Part shown: positions 10,421 to 21,296 of the stretch, one piece after another
Layout: each line of letters begins with the position of its first letter
Position numbering within the stretch: the stretch's first letter is position 1
Source: an uncultured delta proteobacterium
GTDB taxonomy: Bacteria; Desulfobacterota; Syntrophobacteria; Syntrophobacterales; Syntrophobacteraceae
Length of the DNA: 64,000 nucleotides
Assembly: GCA_963808625.1 (NCBI GenBank)
Contig: CAWEHK010000015.1
Location: 1-64,000 of the forward strand
Direction of reading: 5' to 3'
Program-made: the position numbers and the translations under genes
Notes under the pieces: model-generated
What the model saw: the letters and a program-made list of their open reading frames with translations, nothing else
Databases searched by the model: none
Told to the model about the DNA's origin: nothing

Positions 10421-11302
10421 CCGAGAAGGTGTTTCAGGAAAGCGAGGCAAAGCGGAGAAGATTGACGGTTCTTCCTTTGCACCAGGTAAAAGGAGCGGTT
10501 GATTGAGACGCCCCTGATCGCTATCCTGGAGATGGTTCCCCGCTGGATATCTTCAGCCACGGCATGGGATGACAGAATGGAGATGCCGATACGGGCCTTG
10601 ATCCCCTGGCGGACGGCCTCGGTCGAGCCCATCTCCGCCACCACGTGCAGTCGCGAGGGGTTGAAGCCGCACGCTTCGAGAGCCTGGGCCATGACCCTGC
10701 GAGTCCCGGAACCGCGCTCCCGGAGGATGAACGGCTGGTTTGCCAGTTCCTCCAAGGCAATCCCTTCCCCACTTGCCCAGGGATGTTCCGGGTACACCGC
10801 AAGGACGAGCTCATCGGAGAAGACCTGGTCGAGGATGAGGCGGCGGTCGTCCCATTTGGCGCCGATCAGCCCGGCCTCGAGGCTGCCGTCGATGATTCGT
10901 GAGACCACTTCGGCACTGTCAGAGATATGAAGCGTAATCTGAATGCCCGGGTACCTGGTCTTAAAGGACCCGATGAGCCCCGGCAGGATGTAAGTGCCCT
11001 GGAATGGTGCTTGCCCCGATGGTCAGATGACCGGAGAGGGTGCCCTTATACCTGGCGATGGCCTGGAGCGCCTCATTGCGCAGCCGAATAATGTCGCGGG
11101 CATACTGATAGAGGATTTTTCCTGCCGGCGTGGGCAACACCTCGCGACCGAGCCGATCCACCAGTTTTTCCCCCACCATTTCTTCGAGGGCTCGAAGATG
11201 CTCGCTGACCGTGGGCTGGGTCAAGAAGACGGCATCGGCGGCCTTGGTGAAACTTCGCATTTCGTAGACCTTGCAGAATACTTCCAGGCGGTGAATGTCC
11301 AT
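10363..11302 (-). CDS. LysR family regulator (CysL-like), split by one frameshift near 10997
   Basis: MDIHRLEVF...SFTKAADAVFLTQPTVSEHLRALE HTH. Removing one G restores GASTIPGTYILP and joins the substrate domain (FILRERGSGTR). Confidence 0.9.
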
Positions 11303-11345
11303 GGCTCTATTCCTTGTGCGGACTTTGTCCGCAATCAAAAAAGGT

Positions 11346-11506
11346 CACCGCAGAGACGCAGAGGGCGCAGAGAAACCAAGACTTAGATATAACCTTGAAT
11401 ATATAAACCCGGATGTTCGCAGAAGAAGCAGATTCTATCGATTGCAACCTCTCTTAAGCTTCCAAGATCTGTTTCTTTTCTCTGCGCTCTCTGCGTCTCT
11501 GCGGTG
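11346..11506. repeat. Intergenic inverted repeat with 30-bp arms made of 9-mer units
   Basis: CACCGCAGAGACGCAGAGGGCGCAGAGAAA (11346-11375) pairs with 11477-11506, one mismatch. Confidence 0.85.
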
Positions 11507-11522
11507 GATAAGAAAACCCAAC

Positions 11523-13500
11523 TCATTGCAGGTTGGCGGCAAAGCGTTGCTCGAGCTCTTCGAGCTGCGAAGCCAAATCCTCCCACTCCCGGGTCAGTTC
11601 CTGGATCTTTTGTTGGCCCTGCTGATATGATTTCTGCAGGTCCTGCACGGTGTTCCCATTCTGGTAGGTGGCCGGGTCGGCCATGCGCGCCGTGAGCGAA
11701 TCGATGATCCCATGGGCCGCTTCCAGGGCGGCTTCGAGCTCCTCCAGACGCTCCTGGATGGGCTTCTTTAGCCGGAAGAGCTGATTTCTCCGTTCGGCTT
11801 CCAGGCGTTTTTGGCCCTGGTCCCTTCTGGTCGCAATGGGCTCGGCTTGGCCCTCTTCTCCGCTTGCTTCGGATCGATCGGGCAGTGGCGGCTCCAGCCG
11901 TTTCTTCCAGATTTCCTGGTAATCCGTGTAGTTTCCTGGGAAGAGATGAATCTGTCCGGCGTCGACGACCAGGATCTTGTTGGCAATGCGGTTGATGAAA
12001 TGCCGGTCGTGACTGATGAAGCAAATGGTGCCGGGAAATTCATCCAGGGCCCTTTCCAGCACCTCGCGGGAAGGAATGTCGAGATGATTGGTGGGTTCGT
12101 CGAGGAGCAGGAAGTTGGGGCGCTGGAGGAGCAGCTTGCACAAAATCAGGCGGGCCTTTTCGCCGCCGCTCAGGACCGAAACCTTCTTCTGAACATCGTC
12201 GCCGCCAAAAAGAAAGGCGCCGAGCATTCCGCGCAGTTGCGTCTGAGTCATTTCCCCGGCCACGGATGATGCCTCTTCCAGCACGGTCCATTCTGTTCGG
12301 AGCTGTTCCCATTGATATTGCGCGTAGTAGCCCAGGATCGTCTGGTGCCCCGGCAGGCGTACGCCACCGGAAATGTTTTCGGCCCCGGCAAGCATTTTCA
12401 GGAGCGTACTCTTCCCTGCGCCGTTCTTTCCCAGAAAGGCGATGCGATCTCCGCGCTCGATCACGAGGTCAATGCCGGCGTAGATGACTTGTTCTCCATA
12501 CGCTTTTCGCACCTGCTGAAGTTCCATGGTCCGCTTGCCTGACCGGGGCGGCTCGGGAAAGGTGAAATGGATATTGGCATCCTGGAGCGGGGCCTCAATC
12601 CGTTCGATCTTTTCCAGTTGCCGCAACCGACTCTGAGCCTGCCGGGCGCGATCTTTGCGGACGCGGTTGCGCTCGATAAAGCGCTCCATTTGCCGGATGC
12701 GCTCCTGCTGGTTCTTGAAGGACGCCTCGTGGATCTGGCGCCGCAAGGCCTTTTCTCTGAGGTAGTCGTCGTAATTCCCGGTGTACTCCTGCAAATGGCC
12801 CTGTTCGATCTCCAGGACCCGCATGACCACACGGTTAAGAAAGGCGCGGTCGTGAGAAACCAGGATCACCGCAGATGATGTGCTCAGCAGGTAATTCTCA
12901 AGCCACAGCAACGAGTCCAGATCGAGGTGATTGGTAGGTTCGTCAAGGAGCAGGAGGTCGGGTTCCGAGAGCAAGAGACGGGCCAGTTCGAGGCGCATGG
13001 CCCAGCCGCCGCTGAGGGATGACGCGGGACGGTCCAGGTGTACCATTTCGAAGCCAAGGCCGGCCAAAACGCGGCACGCTCGCGCCTCGAGATCATAGCC
13101 CCCGAGGTGCTCGAGTTTTTCCAACAGGCCGGACTGGCGCAGCGCCATCTCCCTGCTGGTTTCCCGGTCTTGTTCGTGGCTGAGCGATTCCTGGAGGAGG
13201 ATGAGTTCGGCCTGCACCACTTGTCGGTCCTTATGGACGTCCATGGCCGAAGCAAGTACCGTCTTATCGTCCAAAGGGTGCCCACTGCTGCGGCAAATAC
13301 CCCAGGCGCAGCGATCGGGGTCTGGTGACCGTGCCGCTATCCGGCTCCATCTCCCCGAGAATGATGTGAAAAAGGGTCGTCTTGCCGGCGCCATTGGGTC
13401 CGATCAGACCAATCCTCTCGGCGGGACGGACATGGAAAGAAACATTGACGAACAACTCCTTCTTTCCGAGAAGCTTGCTTACCCCTTGAAGCGCGATCAC
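11523..13500 (-). CDS. ABC-F family ATPase, split by a frameshift near 13275
   Basis: Two NBDs (GPNGAGKTT; LSGGW; DEPTNHLD; GKNGAGKST; LSGGEK), no TM segments, C-terminal coiled coil. ORFs 13264-13500 and 11523-13394 join on removing one T. Confidence 0.93.
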
Positions 13501-13576
13501 GAAACGGGTTCTCCTTCAATCAACTCACCTAGGAGCCATCCAAAAGTTACTTGCTATCGTTTTGAACCGATTTCAA

Positions 13577-13652
13577 ACCACGAAACACACGGACTAACGA
13601 ATAAGATCAGCACTGTTATTCGTGTCTTCGTGTTTTCCGTGTTTTCCGTGGT
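13577..13652. repeat. Imperfect inverted repeat of 9-mer-like units
   Basis: ACCACGAAACACACGG... versus ...CCGTGTTTTCCGTGGT. Confidence 0.6.
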
Positions 13653-13683
13653 GAAAGATGATCTTTTATTCTTGGACAACCCC

Positions 13684-15531
13684 TTAATCGGTATCCCTGC
13701 AACCCGACATTTGCCTCCGCCACCACTCCGCATAGCTGCCTCCAAGGGCGAGGAGCTGTTCGTGATTGCCGGATTCCACAATGCTTCCTTCCTCCATCAC
13801 GTGAATGATATCGGCCCGCATCGCCGTGGTGAAGCGGTGGGTGATCAGGATCACCGTGCTCCCGGCCGCGCGAGCGCGGAACCGATCGAACCAGTCCACC
13901 TCCGCCCACGGGTCCATGGCGCTGGTGGGCTCATCCAGAATAATGATCGGCGCGCGCCGCAGGAACGCTCGCGCCAGCGCAATGCGTTGCCATTCACCGA
14001 CACTCAACTCAGTGCCGCCGGGAAACCATCTTCCCAGGAGCGTATCATAACCGAGCGGCAGGCGACGAACGAGTTCATCCGCACCGGCGGCCCGCACGGC
14101 ACCCTCGATTTCCGATGCGAGGTCGCTCCCCTTCAGATCCTCGACTCCGGTCGTGATATTGTCCCGAACGGAAGCACTGTAGTGGACGGGTTCCTGAAAC
14201 AGGACCGTGATTCGCTGCCGCAGGTCCTTAATTGGCATCTCGCGCAGGTCAATGCCATCGATTTCGATGGTCCCGCACTGGGGATCGTAAAACCGGCACA
14301 AAAGCTTGAGCAGCGTGGTTTTTCCTGCGCCGTTTCGGCCTACAATGGCGACCATTTGGCCGGCGGAGATCATTACATTGAAATTCTGGAGAGTCCAGCG
14401 ATCATTTTCCGGATAGCGGAAGGCAATCTCCCTGAAAGAGATCCCCTCTTTGATGTCCTGGGGCGCGGGATGGGGCGCGGCGGGGTCTTGCAGGGTCGGT
14501 TCGAGGCTCAGGAATTCGAAAAGGTTTTCGAGGAAGAGGGCATTGCTGTATATTTGTCCAACATTTTCCAGGAGTGATCTCATCATTTGCTGACCCTGAT
14601 TGAATGCCTGGTAGAAAAGGGCGAGCTCACCCAGGGTTATGGACTTCAGCAGCGTCCTCCATACCATCCATGCCATGCACGCACCGGTGACCAGAAGGGC
14701 CAACAGGCGTGCTCCCAGTTCGTTCAGAGCCAAACTCCGAGCCAATTGCACCCGTTCCCGGCGCAGGCGGCTGCGCACCGTCCGAAAAGCTTCCCGGAAA
14801 TGCTGCCCCAAGCCAAAAATCCGCAGCTCGGGGGCAGTCTCCTTGGCGGTCAGGACCCAGTCGTAGTACCAGGTGCGGCGTTCATCAGCCGTCCTCCTGA
14901 CCCACATCTTGTGCTCGCGCAACTTCTGGCGCAAGACCACGAACAGGGCCGGGGCCGTACTTGCGATCAGGGCAACGGGAAGCCAGGGCCCAAAGCTGAG
15001 CAGCACGGCAGCCATGGCCAGGAGGGTGGTGCTGCTTTGGAAGAGGTTGCCAAGGTTTTCCATTAAGGCCAGGGGCCGGTACGAGGCTTCAGAACGGGCG
15101 CGGTGGAGGTGGTCATAGAACTCCGGAGAATCATAAAAAGCGAGATCGAGCGCGATCGACTTCTCGTGGATGAGACCCGTGATGTAGTCCCGGAAAAGCT
15201 CTGTCTGGGCGGTTCGGACCCAGCCGCTGAGGCCCTTCAGGGAATCCGCCACAAGCAACACCGCCGCCATCAGAAGCACCAGAATCAAGGATGGCATAAC
15301 GTCATCCCAGGATCGTGCCGTTTGAACCGCGGTGGTCAGGCTGTCAACGAGCAGTTTGGTTAGGTACACCGTGGCCACGGGGAGCAATCCCTGTAAGAGC
15401 AGGAGTGTCCCCCAGGCGAGTGCCCAGGAGCGGGTCGCATGCCAGACGAGAACGAGAGCCCGCGACAGGTAGGGAAGTTGGGTCATGGCTTTGTGGAACT
15501 TGGCGGTCAAAGTGGATGGACCTGTGGACAT
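13684..15531 (-). CDS. ABC exporter, fused permease and ATPase
   Basis: N-terminal TM domain, GRNGAGKTT, ELSVGEWQRIALARAF, ILDEPTSAMD. Confidence 0.93.
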   Translation of the reverse strand: MSTGPSTLTAKFHKAMTQLPYLSRALVLVWHATRSWALAWGTLLLLQGLLPVATVYLTKLLVDSLTTAVQTARSWDDVMPSLILVLLMAAVLLVADSLKGLSGWVRTAQTELFRDYITGLIHEKSIALDLAFYDSPEFYDHLHRARSEASYRPLALMENLGNLFQSSTTLLAMAAVLLSFGPWLPVALIASTAPALFVVLRQKLREHKMWVRRTADERRTWYYDWVLTAKETAPELRIFGLGQHFREAFRTVRSRLRRERVQLARSLALNELGARLLALLVTGACMAWMVWRTLLKSITLGELALFYQAFNQGQQMMRSLLENVGQIYSNALFLENLFEFLSLEPTLQDPAAPHPAPQDIKEGISFREIAFRYPENDRWTLQNFNVMISAGQMVAIVGRNGAGKTTLLKLLCRFYDPQCGTIEIDGIDLREMPIKDLRQRITVLFQEPVHYSASVRDNITTGVEDLKGSDLASEIEGAVRAAGADELVRRLPLGYDTLLGRWFPGGTELSVGEWQRIALARAFLRRAPIIILDEPTSAMDPWAEVDWFDRFRARAAGSTVILITHRFTTAMRADIIHVMEEGSIVESGNHEQLLALGGSYAEWWRRQMSGCRDTD

Positions 15532-15544
15532 ACTGAATCCGGTC

Positions 15545-15675
15545 GTAGCTGTTAGTAATATGGCTCTTGGCTCTTAGCTGTTAGCTCTTAGCTGTTAGCT
15601 CTTAGCTCTTAGCTCTGAGCTGCCTGGCTCTTAGCTCATAGCTCTTAGCGCTTAGGCTTGGTTCTGGCTCTTAGT
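15545..15675. repeat. Heptamer tandem array (CTCTTAG/CTGTTAG)
   Basis: Direct reading; reverse complement of the 9228-9311 unit, again immediately upstream of a start codon. Confidence 0.85.
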
Positions 15676-15810
15676 CCTCAATTCTTGGCTTTTACCTTTT
15701 AACTGGTAGGTCTTGATTCTTAGCTCTTACCACTCGGCTGTTGGCTGTTGGGACTTGGCTTTTTCGCTTTTGGTAAAGCTCCCCTTAATAAAGTGGGCAT
15801 TATCCCCGGT

Positions 15811-15889
15811 CGTCATTCCCGCAGGTTCTTGCCGGGAATCCAGAAAGAAAAACCTGGATTCCCGTTGGAAGCATACGGAAAGAATGGCG
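15811..15889. repeat. REP-like composite palindrome (GTCATTCCCGC...GGGAATCCAG family), copy 1
   Basis: CGTCATTCCCGC...CGGGAATCCAG...CTGGATTCCCG; related copies at 20706 and 63265. Confidence 0.75.
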
Positions 15890-16093
15890 TTTGGATGCCT
15901 TTGAGGTTGTGCAAGCATTCGCTGCCATTCTTAGTTCCGGGGTTTGGATTGCAAAGTCAAGGAAAATCTGATGTTTGGTTTTTGGTGAACAGGGGGGTAA
16001 CACCTTCGAGACGAAAGGTCCGGCACCCGGTGAAAGTGTTTCCGAATTGGCTGGAAAAATGCTAAACAAAAGCGCGATTAAATCAGATGAAAT

Positions 16094-16829
16094 CATGCAG
16101 AAAGCGAGGTCGCCCGTGGTTGCCGCATCCCCGTTAAAGGCCCTGATCTTCGACTGTGACGGCGTTCTCGTCGACACGGAACCGCTCCATTACCGGGCCT
16201 TCCAGGAGGTCCTCGGGCCGCTCGGACTGGGCTTCACGTTCGACCATTATCTTGGGCGCTACATCGGCTTCGACGACCGCGATGCCTTCCTCGAGGCGTT
16301 CAGGGAAGGAGGCCGTGCGCTTGACGATGTGACTCTGGCTGAACTGATTCGCGCGAAAGAGAAGACCCTGCAAGGCATGATCAGGCAGGGGATCCCAAGC
16401 TTTCCCGGCGTCGTGACGCTGGTTCATGAACTGGCTGCTCACCAGGTCCCGCTGGCGGTAGCATCGGGGGCGCTGCGTCAGGAAGTAGAGGCGTTCCTTG
16501 ATGCTCTTGGCCTCGCCGAATATTTCCCGGTGATTGTTGCGGCCAGCGACGTCAACCGGAGCAAGCCCGACCCGGAAACCTACCTCAAAGTGCTGAGCCG
16601 GCTGCAGGAGATGATGCCGGGGGAGGCCCTTAAACCCGGGTGCTGCATTGCCATTGAAGATACGCCGACGGGAATTCAGTCGGCCAAAGAGGCCGGTCTG
16701 TTCGTGATTGGCGTGACCAACTCCTTTGCCGCTGACCAGCTCGATGCTGCGGACCATAAGGTAGCGAGCCTCGAAGAGCTCAATGTTTTCAGGTTGGCCC
16801 AGTTGATTAATCAAAAGAAATCTTCGTAG
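16094..16829 (+). CDS. HAD-superfamily phosphatase (beta-PGM-like); start uncertain
   Basis: FDCDGVLVD motif I, VASG, KPDPETY, IEDTPTGI. Confidence 0.92.
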
Positions 16830-16850
16830 ATAATTCTCCGGATTACTTTA

Positions 16851-18226
16851 ATGAAATTTGACAAAAGAACAGCGTTTATCTCTTTTTTGCTGATGCTGCT
16901 GAGCTGGCAAGGACTGTCCTGCGGGGGAGAGGTGCCTTCGGGCCTTCCGTCTCAGCCGCTGACGCTGAAAGAGGCGGTATCCTATGCGCTGAACTACAAT
17001 CGAGGCTATCTTGCCGCCAAACGGGAGGTGGACTCGGTAAGTCAACAGGTGAAGCAGGCGCGCGCCGATTTTTATCCCAAAGTGGACGCCAGTTACGCCT
17101 TCACGAACTGGAAGGATCAACCCTACGCTATTTTTAATGACCTGCAATTCGATACTGCTCCTCAAATGACAATCGCTGGGAACTCGCGCTTACCCAGCCC
17201 ATCTTTACCGGTTTTGCGCTCAGCTCTCAGCTGAACATTGCGAAGATGAACTTGAAGATTTCGGAATATCGCCTGGATGAGACGAGGCTAAATACGGTGC
17301 GCGATGTTGAGCGGGGCTTCTGGAATGTGCTGCTTGGCCAGAAATTGTTGCAGGTGACAAGAGACAATGTCAGCAGCCTCGAAGTGCAGCGCCGGAATGC
17401 TCAGGCCAATTTCGATCAGGGACTCGTTGCGCAAAATGATGTGCTCAAAGCTGACGTAGCCCTGGCTCATGCCCGGCAGCGGGAAAGGTCGGCAACCAAG
17501 CAGCTCACCATCCTGAGATCGCGGCTGAACCAACTCCTCGACGTTGACCTTCAGATGATCATCACCCTGCACGAGGAAGAAATTTTCATGGTCGATGCTC
17601 CTCCGCTGGAACGTCTTTATACTTTGGCTGATGAGCGGCGTCCGGAGTATCTCTCCATCGAGACCTCCATCCGGCAGGCCCAGGAGGGCGTCATTGCGGC
17701 CCGCAGTCGCTATTACCCGCGGCTTTCGGGCTTCGCTCAGTACTATCGGGATGGTGATAACTTCCTGGCTTCAAACAACCCCTTCGCCAATAACGAGAAT
17801 GCCGCCGTGGGATTGCGTGTCGACTGGAACTGGTTTGAAGGGGGAAAGACGGATGCCGCGGAGAAGGAGTATAAATATCGCAAAAAGGCGCTCGAAGAAA
17901 GACGCAGCGAGTTGAAACAGCAGATTCACCTCCAGGTGGAGGATGCCTACGAACAGCTCGGAGTGGCCAGGGAGAACCTCATCACGGCTGAAGCAGCGCG
18001 CCGGCAGGCTGAGGAAAATGAGCGCATGACCACGCTCCAATACCGGGAACAGTTGGTGATTTTCCTGGAAGTGTTGAACGCTCAGGTGCTGCTGTCCCAG
18101 TCACGCGTGGACTACTATGATGCTCTTTACGGTTTCAAGATTGCCTGGGCGGACCTGGAGAGGGCCGTCGGCGGGCCTTTCGTGGAAGATGCCGCATCGC
18201 CGAATGCACCGAGAAAGCAAAAATGA
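16851..18226 (+). CDS. TolC family outer-membrane protein, split by a frameshift near 17165
   Basis: Signal peptide; LTLKEAVSYAL, ARADFYP. Adding one A restores LTQPIFTGF and joins ORF 17246-18226. Confidence 0.88.
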
Positions 18227-19488
18227 CAGAAAACGGCATGCCGGCCGCAGGGCCGATCGAAAACAGGCGCATCCAAGGCCATCATTTGCGCTGGTTTGCC
18301 CTCGGGGTGATCACCTTTTTCCTGCTTGGCTTCGGCTACTGGTGGGTATTTACGCGGAACCGGGTCAGCACTGACAATGCCTACGTCAAGGCTGACAGCG
18401 CGCAAGTGAGCAGCCGGACGCCGGGAACCGTCCTTCGGGTGTTTGTGGAAAACGACTTTCCGGTGGAACGAGGGCAGGTGCTGGTAGAACTCGATCCAGC
18501 GGACTACAAAGTCGCATTGGACAAGGCCCAGGCGCAACTGGCTCAGGACGAAGCGGAAGTCCTGGGGGCGGAGGTGGCGGTAGCGCAGATCGATCAGCAG
18601 ACGATGGCCCAGGTCCTGGCTGCGGAGGCTTCTTTGCAGGCTGCGCGGGACAACGAGCTGGAAGCACGCCACCGGATTGACGAGTTGGAGAACCGGCAAG
18701 TCGCTGCTTCCGCAGATTTGTCGCTGACCAAAAAAGATTTTGAACGCTTCGAAAACCTCTACCGCCAGGGGGCTGTTCCAGAACGTCAGCAGGATCAGGC
18801 GCGAAACGCTTTCAGCAAAGCGAAAGCGCAGTCAGGGGCAACGGAGGCGCAACGGGCGGCGGCGCGCGCGGCGCTGGCGGCGGCCACCGAGAGCGTCGGC
18901 CGCGCCCGGGCACAACGGGACGCGGCTCAGAGCGAGCGCGCTAACGTTGAAATTCAGCGCTACCGGGTTGCCGGTCTCAAGGGCAAGCGCGATAAATCCA
19001 GGGCCGAAGTGGAAGCAGCCCGACTGAATCTCTCCTATTGCACTGTCAACGCGCCGATTGCCGGGGTGATTGCCCAGAAGAACATCCAGGTGGGCGACCG
19101 TGTCCAGCCCGGGCAGGCGCTCATGGCCGTGGTCCCCCTGCAGGAAATTTATGTGGAAGCGAATTTCAAAGAGACGCAACTGACTGGCGTCCGTTTGGGG
19201 CAACCGGCAAGAATTAAGGCCGATGTCTATCCCGGGTATTCCTATCAAGGCCGGGTGATCGGAGTGCGCGCTGGAACCGGGGCGGCTTTCTCGCTGCTTC
19301 CTGCGGAGAATGCCACCGGCAATTGGATCAAGGTGGTGCAGCGCGTACCCGTCAAAATTCAGTTTGACGATCCGGTGCCCCCGAATCATCCCTTGGTTGT
19401 GGGGATGTCCCTGGAGGTGACCATTGATACCTCGGACAAAAGGGGCAGCATGCTTATGAGCCAGTCGCGAGCAGGAAGTAAGCAGTAG
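18223..19488 (+). CDS. EmrA/HlyD family membrane fusion protein
   Basis: STDNAYV, YVEANFKETQL, GTGAAFSLLPAENATGNWIKVVQRVPV. Confidence 0.95.
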   Translation: MTENGMPAAGPIENRRIQGHHLRWFALGVITFFLLGFGYWWVFTRNRVSTDNAYVKADSAQVSSRTPGTVLRVFVENDFPVERGQVLVELDPADYKVALDKAQAQLAQDEAEVLGAEVAVAQIDQQTMAQVLAAEASLQAARDNELEARHRIDELENRQVAASADLSLTKKDFERFENLYRQGAVPERQQDQARNAFSKAKAQSGATEAQRAAARAALAAATESVGRARAQRDAAQSERANVEIQRYRVAGLKGKRDKSRAEVEAARLNLSYCTVNAPIAGVIAQKNIQVGDRVQPGQALMAVVPLQEIYVEANFKETQLTGVRLGQPARIKADVYPGYSYQGRVIGVRAGTGAAFSLLPAENATGNWIKVVQRVPVKIQFDDPVPPNHPLVVGMSLEVTIDTSDKRGSMLMSQSRAGSKQ

Positions 19489-19882
19489 GAAGTAAGCAGC
19501 ATGGAATAAGGAGCGGGAGCAACGGCATTTTATGAAAAGCAGCAGCAGGCGATCGGAACGCCCTGTGCGAGCGAATTATGTGCAGTAACCAAGATTCGTT
19601 CTGACAGTTGATCGAACGGAGCTAAAACCAGTCCGGACAGTGGCTGTGGTTTTGACTGAATCGGTTTATACAACTGAAACGCAAAGAAAATGCAGATAGA
19701 GAATTTGAATCTTGAACTTTTAGCGATTTGGTTTTTGGCTCTTCAAGGCAGGCATAGGCAATTTTCAAAGATGATGCTTCTCATCACTTGGTAAGAAATC
19801 GGCACGTAAATCTCCTTGACCGCATCTCCTTGACAGCATCCGGGACAGGTGCTACCCAAAAGCCACCAAAAAGCAATTTGCT

Positions 19883-20228
19883 ATCACCGAATGGCTGAAA
19901 GCCGAAGGCGATGAAGCATACATTGGTGTTAACGATTTTGCCCAGAGCGAATTAGGCGACATTGTATTTATTGAAATGAAAACCGTAGATGAGGAATTGT
20001 CCTAAGGCGAATCGTTCGCCACGATTGAAGCTGTCAAGACTGTATCCGATTTGTTTCTGCCAGTTTCCGGGGAAGTGTTGGAGTTTGGCCGGTATCTTAA
20101 CACCAATTCTGAACTTTAACCATGATCCCTACGGAAAAGGTTGGATTGTGAAGATCGGGATGGCGGATAAGGCCGAAATGGCTGAGCTTTTCACGCCCGC
20201 AAGGTACACTGAACTCCTTGGTGGATAG
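19883..20228 (+). pseudogene. gcvH: Glycine cleavage system H protein pseudogene
   Basis: Manual translation: [29 protein letters not shown]...[26 protein letters not shown]...[frameshift]NHDPYGKGWIVKI. In-frame TAA at 20003-20005; N-terminus missing. Confidence 0.9.
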
Positions 20229-20253
20229 AACCAGACAGGTAAATGCATCCCGC

Positions 20254-20682
20254 ATGATTATTTTCAAGCATTTCTGGCCTGCAGTGTTATGGGCACTTTT
20301 GGTGCTTATTTTAACGGGTTTGCCCGGTAATTATTTCCCAGAGGTGCCTACGTTCTGGGACCTTCTGGAGCCCGATAAAATAGTCCATATTTTTATTTTT
20401 GGTGTTTTTACGGTGTTGATGGCATTAGGGTTAACCCGGCACTACGGAAAGCTTCGTTCTGCTTCTGCAATAACCACTCAGGCCATTGGAACAGGGATAG
20501 CCTATGGCGCTATCACGGAATTATTACAAGGTTATGTCTTTATCGGACGGACGGCCAGTATCTACGATTTCATTGCTAACAGCGTGGGTTGTCTTGCAGG
20601 TTATCTGCTTTTCAAGCTAGTTCTTTTAAAATATTTTCCGAATAGTGCTAAACTTCAGCCAGGCGAAGCCAAGGCTCATTGA
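20254..20682 (+). CDS. VanZ-like membrane protein
   Basis: DKIVHIFIFG, YGAITELLQGY, GRTASIYDFIANSVG. Confidence 0.88.
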   Translation: MIIFKHFWPAVLWALLVLILTGLPGNYFPEVPTFWDLLEPDKIVHIFIFGVFTVLMALGLTRHYGKLRSASAITTQAIGTGIAYGAITELLQGYVFIGRTASIYDFIANSVGCLAGYLLFKLVLLKYFPNSAKLQPGEAKAH

Positions 20683-20705
20683 TGTTAAGTAAAACCCCTT
20701 AATCT

Positions 20706-20790
20706 ATTATTCTCGCACGGTTTTAAGCGGGAATCCAGCTTGTAAAAGGTCAAAACCTGGATTCCCGACAGAACCTTTCGGGAATGACGG
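20706..20790. repeat. REP-like composite palindrome, copy 2
   Basis: GCGGGAATCCAG...CTGGATTCCCGACAGAACCTTTCGGGAATGACGG. Confidence 0.72.
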
Positions 20791-21207
20791 TTGATTATGT
20801 GCACCGCTGAAGACTGACGCTAATCGGAAAATTTGATATAGCTTGCCATACCCTGCAATAATTCAATATACCGTTCGGCTATCTGTAGGTTTCCCAATAT
20901 TTTCGGATTTAACGGCTTGGATGACCAACAGGTGTCGGATGAAGTGGGAATGCAGACAAAATGCCTGGTTGATCAAGTCTCAGCCACTGCAAATTATGAC
21001 AAGATGCCTCGCCTTCGCTTTTCGAAGTGTAATCACGCTCTCATAAGGATGATCGTGTTGGCAATCAGGGATGAGATCCTGCATTCTCGAACGCGGGCAA
21101 GAATGCCCGCGCTCCCAAAACGCAAAGGCTCAGGAACGAAGTTTCTCATCCTCAAGAAGCATAGCATCGCAACCTCGCCAGATTCCCCTCTTCCCCCTTC
21201 CAAATCC

Positions 21208-21296
21208 TTACTCCCTACCCCCTACTCCCTACTCCTTACTCCCTACTCCCTACTCCTTACTCCTTACTCCTTACTCCCTACTCCTTACTCCCTACC
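21208..21296. repeat. Heptamer tandem array (TACTCCC/TACTCCT)
   Basis: About 12 near-perfect units at the 3' end of the beta-CASP gene. Confidence 0.92.

Noticed and set aside
13684..15531. RiPP/lasso peptide cluster around this ABC exporter
   Set aside because: No precursor, cyclase, peptidase or PqqD-like gene nearby.
10960..17250. Programmed frameshifting in LysR, ABC-F or TolC
   Set aside because: No slippery heptamer with a stimulatory structure was seen; breaks match the window-wide indel pattern.
19690..21070. Faint four-helix-bundle-like peptide fragments near 19690-19790 and 20930-21070
   Set aside because: Needs several assumed frameshifts; too weak to call by eye.
21208..21296. 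Tandem arrays as CRISPR, and the derived PTPYSLL-repeat ORFs (20917-21612, 21071-21322)
   Set aside because: 7-bp units with no spacers and no cas genes; the peptide repeat is just the translated microsatellite.
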